The position numbers and the translations under genes were made by a program. Below, one piece after another: positions 54,729 to 64,000 of a DNA stretch of 64,000 nt (the stretch's first letter is position 1; each line of letters starts with the position of its first letter). The notes under the pieces are model-generated. The model saw nothing but the letters and a program-made list of their open reading frames with translations, was not told where the DNA came from and did no database searches. The DNA is from Calditrichia bacterium (GTDB lineage Bacteria > Calditrichota > Calditrichia > JAJRVZ01). The stretch covers positions 64,001 to 128,000 of the forward strand of contig CAWCNS010000011.1 of the NCBI GenBank assembly GCA_963796965.1. The letters are read 5' to 3'.

Positions 54729-55118
54729 TGTATCTCCAGTTCGGTTTTAAAAGCTCCAATATGGCACATTAAAGGAATGCGTTGTTCTTGTTACTATAAC
54801 TATCGCTCTCATTTTTTAAATTATTGATTTACCCTGATTTTTGAGTGACTAAAAATTTATGATATGATGGTTCCATAAAAACAATAATTTGGACCATCAA
54901 ATTAGACCTTATCAGCAGGATGCTGATAAGATGATCATACGTAATAAATTGTGAAAATGTTCTTTAAATTCAAAGATATTTTTTAATGACCAGGCAAGAC
55001 ATACATAGCCTGATGAAATCGAAAGAAGTTTCATGATACTATTTTCAAGTTTTTCAGAATTATATCCCTAAATTCGTTAAGTTTTATCCTTATAAAATTC
55101 ATCACGGGAGAAATCACA

Positions 55119-56159
55119 TTGAAAAAATCTTTTTTACCCTTTCCAGGGTTTGTGATAATCTTTTTCATCACTATCATTTTATATATGAATGCAAACGCAC
55201 AAATCTTACCAGAAAATTACGATCCTTTTCTACGACCCAATGTCGAATCAGGTCCAACAGAGGTGGAAATCGGAATCTACGTTTATGATATCATTGAAAT
55301 ATCGGATGTGGATCGTACCTGTACCATTGATTTTTTTGTTAATGCCGAGTGGATTGATCCAAGACTTGCCCTGGAATCTTCTGGCGTAAAATCAGGCAAT
55401 CAAAGACTTCCGATTGAAAGTGTCTGGAATCCAAAAATACTTTTAGCAAACCAGCGAGAAATAGAAAAAAAATACCCTAATGAAGTGACTATTGATAAAA
55501 ATGGGGTTGTTCACTATTTTCAGCGTTACAACGGAACGATTATCTTTGCACATGACCTGCACGATTTCCCTTTTGATAGCCAGGCGCTAAATCTCACATT
55601 CGTTTCCCGCGGCTATGACTCGACCGAGGTAAAGCTGGTTGAATATAAACGTAGAACCGGCCAAAGTGCTTCCTTCTCAATTGCCGATTGGAGCATTTAC
55701 AGTGGACATGGAATGTCAGGTAGTTTATTTATCGCTCCCAGGAACAAACACTTATCAACCTGGATCTATTCTATAGCCATAAGTCGTCAAGCAGGGTTTT
55801 ATATTTGGAAGGTTATCGTTCCCCTTTGCCTGATCATTTTTATGTCCTGGACCATATTTATTATCAGACCAGACCAGGTAGGTGCTCAGATTGGTATATC
55901 CACCGCCTCCGTTCTTACCCTGATCATCTTTCAATTCAGTCTTAGTCAACTTGTACCAAAAGTCTCTTATCTGACACGAATCGATCAGTTCAGTGTGGGA
56001 GCTATTATCCTTGTGTTTTTAGCCTTACTTGAATCTATCTACACCGTGATGCTTTGGGTCAAAGGGCGGGAAACACACTCAATGAGAATGGATCGTTGGT
56101 CGTTACTCATCTTTCCGACCTTATTTATATTAAATTATATAAATGCTTTTGTGATATAG
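55119..56159 (+). CDS. Pentameric ligand-gated ion channel (GLIC/ELIC-like)
   Basis: W.DPRL, VWNP, Pro-loop DLHDFPFDSQ, YIWKVIVPL, four TM segments with PKVSYLT. Confidence 0.9.
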   Translation: MKKSFLPFPGFVIIFFITIILYMNANAQILPENYDPFLRPNVESGPTEVEIGIYVYDIIEISDVDRTCTIDFFVNAEWIDPRLALESSGVKSGNQRLPIESVWNPKILLANQREIEKKYPNEVTIDKNGVVHYFQRYNGTIIFAHDLHDFPFDSQALNLTFVSRGYDSTEVKLVEYKRRTGQSASFSIADWSIYSGHGMSGSLFIAPRNKHLSTWIYSIAISRQAGFYIWKVIVPLCLIIFMSWTIFIIRPDQVGAQIGISTASVLTLIIFQFSLSQLVPKVSYLTRIDQFSVGAIILVFLALLESIYTVMLWVKGRETHSMRMDRWSLLIFPTLFILNYINAFVI

Positions 56160-56554
56160 ATACTCTGGCGATAATGACAAATGAAAAAATCCCAATATCA
56201 AATGAATATCCAATTCCCAATTTATAGAACTTAGTCTTACTTTGACATTGAGACATTGGGATTTGATTTAACATTTGGGCTTTGGCATTGGACATTTTTA
56301 AATACTGCCAAATCTTTTATCATGGTTAACAATTTCCACATTTTCTTAAAATCATTTTAGATATGAGATAATTGGCCTTTTTTCTTTTTTTAATGAATCG
56401 CTATGATTATATTTTTCTACCTTAACATTTTATTGATTGTTAATTCTTAAAGCATCATTTTTACACAATAATATTGAATATAATTGTAACAATGTGTTAA
56501 AAATTAAAGTGGCCACCCCACTTCGTATTTACATAATATTTATAAGGATCAATA

Positions 56555-57025
56555 ATGCTAAAAGTAAATTCATTAAGAAGTCTTGTTCTTGCAGGGACAG
56601 TATTAGGAGTAATGGCCAGTTTAGCTCTCACCGGCTGTCAGTCTGATTCAAATAAAACTGATAAAACGATTTCTGGTAAAAACGCAGATGTACAGGAATC
56701 TATACAGACAGAGCCTGCAGATTATGCAAAACTTGTCGGTCGTTGGCTACGCCCGGATGGTGGCTATATCATTGAGATTCAGAAGGTTGATATTAATGGG
56801 CAAATAAAGGCAGCCTACTATAATCCACGAAGCATAAATGTATCACAAGCATTAGCAGCACAAAAAGACGGCGCCATCGAAGTATTTATCGAATTACGTG
56901 ATACAGGGTATCCCGGTGCCACCTATACGCTTAAATACGATCAGGGGAATGATATTTTGGTTGGCCTTTATTATCAACCGGCAGCTGGGCAGACTTTTGA
57001 CGTGCAATTCATACGAAAAGAATAA
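56555..57025 (+). CDS. Hypothetical lipoprotein
   Basis: LTGC lipobox; G.W.RPDGGY, YYNPRSI, GYPGATY.L. Confidence 0.75.
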   Translation: MLKVNSLRSLVLAGTVLGVMASLALTGCQSDSNKTDKTISGKNADVQESIQTEPADYAKLVGRWLRPDGGYIIEIQKVDINGQIKAAYYNPRSINVSQALAAQKDGAIEVFIELRDTGYPGATYTLKYDQGNDILVGLYYQPAAGQTFDVQFIRKE

Positions 57026-57223
57026 TAAAAGCAATTAAGAATTATAAATTAAGAATTTTGAATTGCTATAAATTTCTCAAAAATGTCATTCCGAATTTAT
57101 TTCGGAATCTATTATTAAACCTGAAAGTAACCTAAGATCTTTACTTGGATATTATATCCTATAAAATAATCCGAGAAATTAGTCAAAATTCGTGAAATTC
57201 GTGGATATTCGTTTTATCTGGCG

Positions 57224-58611
57224 TCAATTTATCGTTTCGATAATATCCCTCACAAATCTCTCCTGATCCCAACCACCTTTCTTACTTAGCCCAAGTCTGA
57301 CCACAACAAGATCATAATCAGGAATAATATTTACAAATTGACCATCATGTCCGGAGGCAAAATACATGCTTTTCAATTCTGGATGTGGACTATCCTTTGC
57401 TGGTAACCAGAAATGAGCTGCATATCGCCCTCTCCCTGATATTTCTGTCCTGCTCGATGAAAATGTTACCCAACCCTCTGGAAGGATCCGCTCCTCATCC
57501 CAAACACCATCCTGTAAATAGAGTAATCCAAACCGGGCCCAATCCCTTGCAGTGGCATATGCAAATGAAGATCCCACATACGTCCCCCCAGGGTCTGTTT
57601 CCATCACGGCACTAAACATTCCTATCCGATGAAACAGGGACTTAAAGGGAAATTCCAGGTATGATTTATAGTCACCTCCAAATTTCTCTCGGATGGTTTG
57701 AGAGATGATATTGCTGGTTCCGCTGGAATAATACCATTTTGTACCCGGTGGTTGTGCTAAAGGTTTATCTGCCGCATAGTGAGCAGCGCTGATAGAATTA
57801 AAAAGCATCACCACAACATCTGAAAGAGGATTTCCATAAGATTCATCAAAATCTAATCCGCTGCTCATGCGCATCATCTGCTCCAGGGTTATTTGTTTTC
57901 TCGGATCATCCTCATCCTGCCATTCTGAAGCAAGTGCTTGTTCTTCCAATGATAATTTGCCTTGTTTAACCAATATGCCAACTAATGCATTTGTAATGCT
58001 TTTTGTCATAGACCAGCCAATCAGGGGTGTTGTTTCATCAAAAGGCGCTGCATATTTCTCCGCCACGATTTGTCCCTTATAGGCGACAACTACTGCCCGC
58101 GTGCGCAAAAGGCGATTGGGATTTGTCTCTTCGAAGGCAGAGTCAATCACTAATTTTAGTTTTTCAACATTAATTCCTTCCGGGGCCTCTTTGAGGTCTA
58201 CAACGTTTCCTTTAGGCCAAATTTTAGTGGTATACTCTTCACCAGGTACTACCTGACAGATAGTATGCACCCTGCTATTGTCATGAGGGTCATCCGCTAG
58301 ATCCAAAACCGAACCCAAACAGGGTCTATAAAAAGCCGTCTGACTGATAAGATTTAAGGGTGCGCTGACTGTGACAGATTTGCTTTTATGATCCACCTCA
58401 TACGAAAAGTATTTCAAAAGTGGATCATAGACATCTTCTTTGGCTACCTTGTCCGGATCCATTCCTGAAACATACACATGGGAGCACATCATTTTGCCAT
58501 ATATCCGGCACCGACCGCCGTCAGTTGATAAGCATAATAACCGGCGTAGATGAGTACAAAAAAGAGAACAATTGCCACACCAGCGGCAAAACGTTTGATG
58601 GTTTTTTTCAC
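57224..58611 (-). CDS. Serine hydrolase, beta-lactamase class C-like (frameshift near 58500)
   Basis: WSMTKS (SxxK), YYSS, ARDWARFG, GHDGQ. Confidence 0.88.
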
Positions 58612-58785
58612 AATGATGATGATTTTTGAGTTTTATTGATATTTAATTTGGGTATAAAAGAAAAAAATAGTCTTTTCTACTTATATTTAAAGGCAGTGGA
58701 TATGGAATTAGGAACTTGGAGTTAACGAATTCCAAATCCCTAATTCCCAATTACATTTACAATACCCTATACTTTAAACCTGTAT

Positions 58786-59343
58786 TTATTTCTCGGGAGG
58801 AAATTCACTCAGCATTTTGCTCACGACCTCATCAATATTTTTCTGTTGCTTTTCTTGATCGGGCTCTTCCCTCACAACACCTGTTGCTGTACCGCGCCAA
58901 ACCATTTCTTTCTTTTTTGCATCCATTATATCAATGACCAGGGTCGTTTCATCGTATTGGTATACATCTGTTCCACCATAGCCGCCATAGCCACCCCATC
59001 CGCGACCATATCCGCCGTAACCATAGCCACCATAACCATAATTAGTTACTTGTGTTTTTTGTTTGTCTCCGGCATGGATGATAACGACAAAATCAAAAGC
59101 ATCTTGCGTACCTATGGCATATCCTTTGGCCTGCAAGGCTTTATCAATGCCAGCACCAACACGTTTTTTTACCAGCGGATTTGCATTTAACACATCATCA
59201 TCGGGCATTTTACCTGAATACCACATATAGGTCTTATAGCTGCCAAAATCAGCTGCCGGATCAAAGTCCGTCTTAAATGCAATTGACGAACAACCCCATA
59301 CTAATAATAAACTGAGAACAATTAATAAAATACCGTAGCGCAT
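58786..59343 (-). CDS. DUF4136 lipoprotein
   Basis: WGC lipobox, DF.SYKTY, Gly/Tyr-rich loop, TLVIDI.D.....VWRG, FPP. Confidence 0.88.
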   Translation of the reverse strand: MRYGILLIVLSLLLVWGCSSIAFKTDFDPAADFGSYKTYMWYSGKMPDDDVLNANPLVKKRVGAGIDKALQAKGYAIGTQDAFDFVVIIHAGDKQKTQVTNYGYGGYGYGGYGRGWGGYGGYGGTDVYQYDETTLVIDIMDAKKKEMVWRGTATGVVREEPDQEKQQKNIDEVVSKMLSEFPPEK

Positions 59344-59623
59344 ATCGAATCTCCTTTGGTTAGTTTTAAATGATATTTCTTGAATAAAGTGGATTTATAT
59401 ATATTATTATAAAAAGGTTTAAGGATAAATTTTCCTGTAAAAACATTCGTTCAGTAAATTGATCTATAATTAACCTATAAGACCAAATCTATTTGAATTT
59501 ATTCCATAAAATATAGCATTTAATTAATCACCAAACCGATATTTTTTAGTATCAGGTAGTAAATCTCACAATTCACCCACTTCTAAAAAAGTAATCATCA
59601 ATTTTTATTAACACCATATAAAA

Positions 59624-60973
59624 TTATAAAACCCATCCCTGGCGATAGGGGCGGTGCAAAAATTCATTCGCTTCAGGGACATTGGTTATTTTCATGTTGT
59701 CTGAATCCCAATTGAGTTTTTTTCCCGTTCTGATTGCAATATTTCCCAATAAGGTCGTTTCGGTCATCGGACCGGCAAAATCAAAATTGGATTTTGCTGA
59801 CCCTTCACCCTTACATGCTGCCACCCATTCTTGCCTGTGACCTATTGAACGGGGAATGGTTGGTTCAGGTTTTTATATGCCTTCATTTTTGATTCCGGAA
59901 TAATTCGCAGACCACCAGCGCCATGAGATCCACATAAGATTTTACCCTTTGAACCCACATAAAGCGCACCACCAAACTGATCACCCATGGACCGCCCTTC
60001 TTCCAACTCTTCCGGTCTGGGTGGCATAAGCCCACCGTCATACCAAACCAATTTCAGAGGTGGGAATCTTTCTCTTGCCGGAAAACGATAAGTTACCAGG
60101 GATGCCCGGGGATAGGTTTCCGTTATTCACATCTTTTGTCCAATTTAATCCGTGGGTGACAAATGTAGAAAAACTGGCTTCCACAGCTTGTTGGTGCACC
60201 TAATTTTAATGACCAAATGATATGATCAAAAATATGACAACCCATATCTCCCAGACCACCGGTTCCAAAATCCCACCACCCTCGCCACATGGTTGGATGA
60301 TAGCAGGGATTATAGGGGCGGGCTGGTGCGGGTCCAAGCCATAGATCCCATGCCAGCGTTTCCGGAACTGGAGGTGTTTCCTTTGGTCTGCTGGATACCC
60401 TGAGGCCAAACCGGATGGGGCGTCCAGGCATGAACTTCATTCACCTCACCTATGGCATCATCCCAAATCCATTCACAAAGTAAACGGATACTCTCACTGG
60501 CATGGCCCATATTTCCCATTTGTGTAACCACCCCTGCCTGTCTTGCTGCCTCTGTTACTTTTCTGGCTTCATGAACGGTATACGTCAGGGGTTTCTCTGT
60601 ATAAACATGCTTATTTAAATTAATCGCCATCATTGTAGCCGTAGCATGGACATGATCGGGAGTAGAAACAACCACGGCATCAATATCTTTTTGCTTTTCA
60701 AGCATTATGCGAAAATCTTTATATTTTTCTGCTTTGGGATGTTTTTCAAAAGTCTTGGCAGCCCGGTTCCAATCCACATCGCATAGCGCGACGATATTTT
60801 CTGTTTCCATTTGGCTCAAATTATGACCACCCTGTCCCCCAACGCCCAATACCCGCAATATTCAATTTATCACTTGGAGCAATAAACCCTGAGCCACCAA
60901 GTACATGACGTGGCAAAAAAACGAATGCGGAAACTGCAGCTGCTGAACCCTGAATAAATTTTCTACGTTTCAT
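59624..60973 (-). CDS. Tat-exported Gfo/Idh/MocA oxidoreductase, multiple frameshifts
   Basis: [51 protein letters not shown]. Confidence 0.9.
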
Positions 60974-61273
60974 GTTTATCTCCAATTTTAATCTATACTC
61001 TTACTGAAATTAGGTGTGGAACGACATTATTATAAGCCTAAAAATAAGAAAATAATCATCAATTCCACAATTTTTATGGAGAATTTTTTTTCTGTTAAAC
61101 TTATGTTCCGGAATCCCTGTCCGACTATCAAAACTGATATTTGTAAAATATATGAACCCTGATCGGAATAATGAGAGATCAAAATCATTTACTGAAATAA
61201 TATGATGAATCTAATTGTTACAAATGTAAGAGAGCTTATTAATGTTCATTTTTAACCAATGGGAGATCTAATT

Positions 61274-61957
61274 ATGAAGAAAAGCTTAACATTGCTAATG
61301 TCCGCATCACTTTTTCTGGTTTTTATTGCCAGTTGTAGTAAGAAATCAGCTGACCCCTCTTCACGGGTAGAAGAAAACGGTCTTACAAAAGAGATTAATG
61401 ATTTTGTACCACCCTCGGTATTGGCAATTATAGATTCTTTAGGGATGCCTGTTTATAAAGGTGGCAATCCGCCGAGTATTGGTGGTTCCTATCTTTGTGA
61501 TCCTTTTAAACTGATCAACAGTAATCGTTCTGGTGACTATATTGGGTCAATCTACTCTGATTATTATGTAAAATTTTCAAATCAGAACAATGAAGACCTG
61601 ACCATTAACATGGATTACGTAAACGGACCTGAGAATGGTACGGGTATTGGCGGATTTATTGTAGGAGATAATGGCGCTTTTTCTGTATTTTCTGAACTAA
61701 CCGTTGTTGCATATTCTGACACAGCTTATATACTCAATTTGATTTCAGGAAAAATAAAGGAAGAGGGAATAGAGGATTTTTATCTTGCTCTCTTGATGCT
61801 TGATAATTTAGGTAATCCCCACGGCTATTTTATTAACGATGAAGATGGACGTGTCTTTATGGATGATGATGGAATGGCAGATGAGATTGCTGATTTTACA
61901 AAGCTGGCAAAGGAATCATTTACAAGACAGCGGACAGCTTCCACTGTTGAACCGTAA
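61274..61957 (+). CDS. Hypothetical lipoprotein
   Basis: ASC lipobox; GMPVY.G.NPP.I.G.Y motif. Confidence 0.72.
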   Translation: MKKSLTLLMSASLFLVFIASCSKKSADPSSRVEENGLTKEINDFVPPSVLAIIDSLGMPVYKGGNPPSIGGSYLCDPFKLINSNRSGDYIGSIYSDYYVKFSNQNNEDLTINMDYVNGPENGTGIGGFIVGDNGAFSVFSELTVVAYSDTAYILNLISGKIKEEGIEDFYLALLMLDNLGNPHGYFINDEDGRVFMDDDGMADEIADFTKLAKESFTRQRTASTVEP

Positions 61958-62007
61958 AAATTTACAACAATTGAAGATCCGATTCTATTCGTTGATTGAT
62001 ATTTAAT

Positions 62008-62037
62008 GTAGAGACGTCCCGGCGGGACGTCTCTACT
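62008..62037. repeat. GTAG-type REP palindrome, possibly also a terminator
   Basis: GTAGAGACGTCCC-GGC-GGGACGTCTCTAC perfect stem. Confidence 0.7.
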
Positions 62038-62080
62038 ACTTTTTGACAATAAAATAAATATATATTGGTTTAATCAAAAA

Positions 62081-62520
62081 TTATTCCAGCGGCTTCCCCT
62101 CTGAATCAATACTTCCGGCAACCACAAGAACCACCTAATCGAAATTGATATATGTCTATATAATCTCATTTACTTGTTATAGCGTAACTTTATCCAATTC
62201 CCGTGGATACCTATCAATATCTCCCACATCAAACCCACGCTTTACAAAACTGAGTAACTGGGCTGCAAGGCCACGTATCGTTTCAAGATTTATCAGATAT
62301 TCTCCACTGGCCCGGGATTTTATATTTTAAAATTCCTCTTCAGCAATACCCTCATCAGCCCATTTCCTTGATTCTCTCCTGGTTGAAGTGAAACCCTTGT
62401 CCAGCAAATCAGGAGAGAATGTTATCGATTTTGGCCTATAATAATTGGTATAGAAATTTTTAATATCCTCTAGTGTTACTTTTTCTACATCAGCAATCAA
62501 TTTGTCAATTGTTGCACCAT
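62081..62520 (-). pseudogene. M16 (pitrilysin/insulinase) zinc peptidase remnant
   Basis: VTLEDIKNFYTNYYRP joined to G.AEEEF*...LDKVTL*QVN...*...VVAG; several in-frame stops. Confidence 0.7.
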
Positions 62521-62601
62521 ATAATTATTATATAGATATTACAACTGATTGATGATAAAGATTATTAAAATCTATTGAGCTTAATGATGGCGGAGGTTCG
62601 A

Positions 62602-63247
62602 TTGAAAACAAATTCCTGGATTATTCCCTGGAAACAGGCATTATCGGAGAGCAAATTTCGGATTATTTTAGTTATTACAATTCTATTGTTGATACTTACA
62701 GACTACATTTTTTACCACTTTTCTGGATTTTGTGGAGACAAGACCTGGTGTTGTACTTTCAGATCCTTTGCTGGCCTTATTTAGCCCTAGAAATGTTACC
62801 TGGATTATTTTTAGTTTAATTTATTTGTCAGTAATTTTAGCCCTTTTTCATCTTTCTAAGAACCCACGGCAATTGATAATTGGTTTACATGCTTATATTC
62901 TACTCATACTCGTCCGAACGATTTCCATGTATCTGATCCCCTTTGATCCACCCGTTTTTTTAATTCCACTTGAGGATCCCTTTGTTCAATCGATGAGTTC
63001 AGGCGTACTCACCAAAGATTTATTTTTCTCCGGCCATACATCAACATTATTTCTCTTGTTCCTGATCAGCAAAGACAACCGCCTGAGACCATTTTTCTTG
63101 TCGGCGACCATAATTGTCGGTTTTTCTGTCCTTTGGCAACATGTACACTATAGTATTGATGTTTTCGCAGCACCATTTTATTCCTATACCTGTTACCGGG
63201 CTAGCCTTCTTCTTAATCAAAAGATCATGGGCTCCAGGTACAAGTAG
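62602..63247 (+). CDS. PAP2-related (sphingomyelin-synthase-like) membrane protein, frameshift near 62730
   Basis: E.RPG..L.DP.L, DLFFSGHT, HVHYSIDV; GGAGG RBS before a TTG start. Confidence 0.8.
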
Positions 63248-63496
63248 AGAGTACAGGGTAGAGGGTTGAGATAAGATAAGAGAAGAGGGAGGAGAGAAGA
63301 AAGAGGAGTGTCTTAATAAATATTCAATAAACAACACGGAATAATCAATTTTCAATGAGGAGATCGGGACATGGCCTCACACACTAAGAGGCTATATTGG
63401 CAGGATTCTCAAACTTAGATTTTTAATAAATTGTGAAGACATTTTTTTTATTTTCAAATCATAATTACATCAGAACCCATTGAAAATTGAATATTC

Positions 63497-63784
63497 TTAC
63501 TGCATTCTCCCCGACCAGAAAAATTCATCACTAATTATTTTCCCATCGAGATTCCAATAGGTTTCAACACCAACTTTTTTTCCCGCAAACCAATTAACTT
63601 CCCATTGTATCTTTCCATCTTCATAAAACCACGATTGTTCACCATGCAGCAAATATTCACCATCGTTTGAAATGCCGGCCTGCCATACGGTTTTAGGATT
63701 TCCTGATATGTAATTTTCTGAATATTCCTTCACTGTCGATATGGCAACATCAGGGATTAACTCCCAATCAGCCTCTTCACTCAA
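63497..63784 (-). CDS. Short MORN-variant/YwqK-like repeat protein or fragment
   Basis: LHG....FYEDG, G.KVG.E.YW..DG repeats. Confidence 0.5.
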   Translation of the reverse strand: MSEEADWELIPDVAISTVKEYSENYISGNPKTVWQAGISNDGEYLLHGEQSWFYEDGKIQWEVNWFAGKKVGVETYWNLDGKIISDEFFWSGRMQ

Positions 63785-63794
63785 AATCCAGGCT

Positions 63795-64000
63795 TCATTT
63801 ATCTAATCTTTCTGGAGACGGTGGCGTTTTATCTATCAGCAGATTCTTCAAATTCTCTTGTTTAACCAATTCAAATTCGTCATACAATTCACCTGTTGCC
63901 GTGTAAGCTTTATAATTTAGTCGATCACCATCTATCATTATAATTTGAAATAATTGTGTCTTTGCAGCTTTGCGCGTCATCCAGTCACGATCGGCCACGT
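63795..64000 (-). CDS. C-terminus of a probable metallophosphoesterase (purple acid phosphatase-like); partial
   Basis: WM.R.A..TQLFQ.I.IDGD.L.Y.AYTATGELYD.F.L.K resembles this family's C-terminus. Confidence 0.6.
   Translation of the reverse strand, partial: VADRDWMTRKAAKTQLFQIIMIDGDRLNYKAYTATGELYDEFELVKQENLKNLLIDKTPPSPERLDK

Overview
AT-rich bacterial window, probably an uncultured Gram-negative of the Calditrichota/KSB1/FCB type. That placement is an inference from gene style and repeat families only. Many conserved genes (typA, TolC, an SSS symporter, a Gfo/Idh/MocA oxidoreductase) are split by single-base frameshifts, most likely long-read indel errors. Two features are missed by the ORF track. 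(1) A candidate peptide signalling/RiPP system at about 32.6-48.8 kb. A sigma54 promoter drives a B12-binding radical SAM gene, followed by an unannotated 39-aa peptide ORF with a GGAGG RBS, a family-5 peptide-binding protein, a HAMP histidine kinase, an NtrC-type activator and a lone receiver. TolC, three membrane-fusion proteins and a MacB-like permease lie next to it. Three tandem TGTGAA-N6-TTCACA enhancer pairs, each upstream of a -24/-12 promoter, link the regulon. (2) An exported thioredoxin(UxxC)-TPR selenoprotein at 6347-7514, with an in-frame UGA and a bacterial SECIS-like hairpin. The rest is mixed accessory and housekeeping content: cytochrome c peroxidase, beta-CASP nuclease, two class III cyclases, a TetR/hydrolase pair with a duplicated operator, a pLGIC channel, several deletion-eroded gene remnants and several REP-like repeat families. 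No rRNA, tRNA or CRISPR array was recognised.
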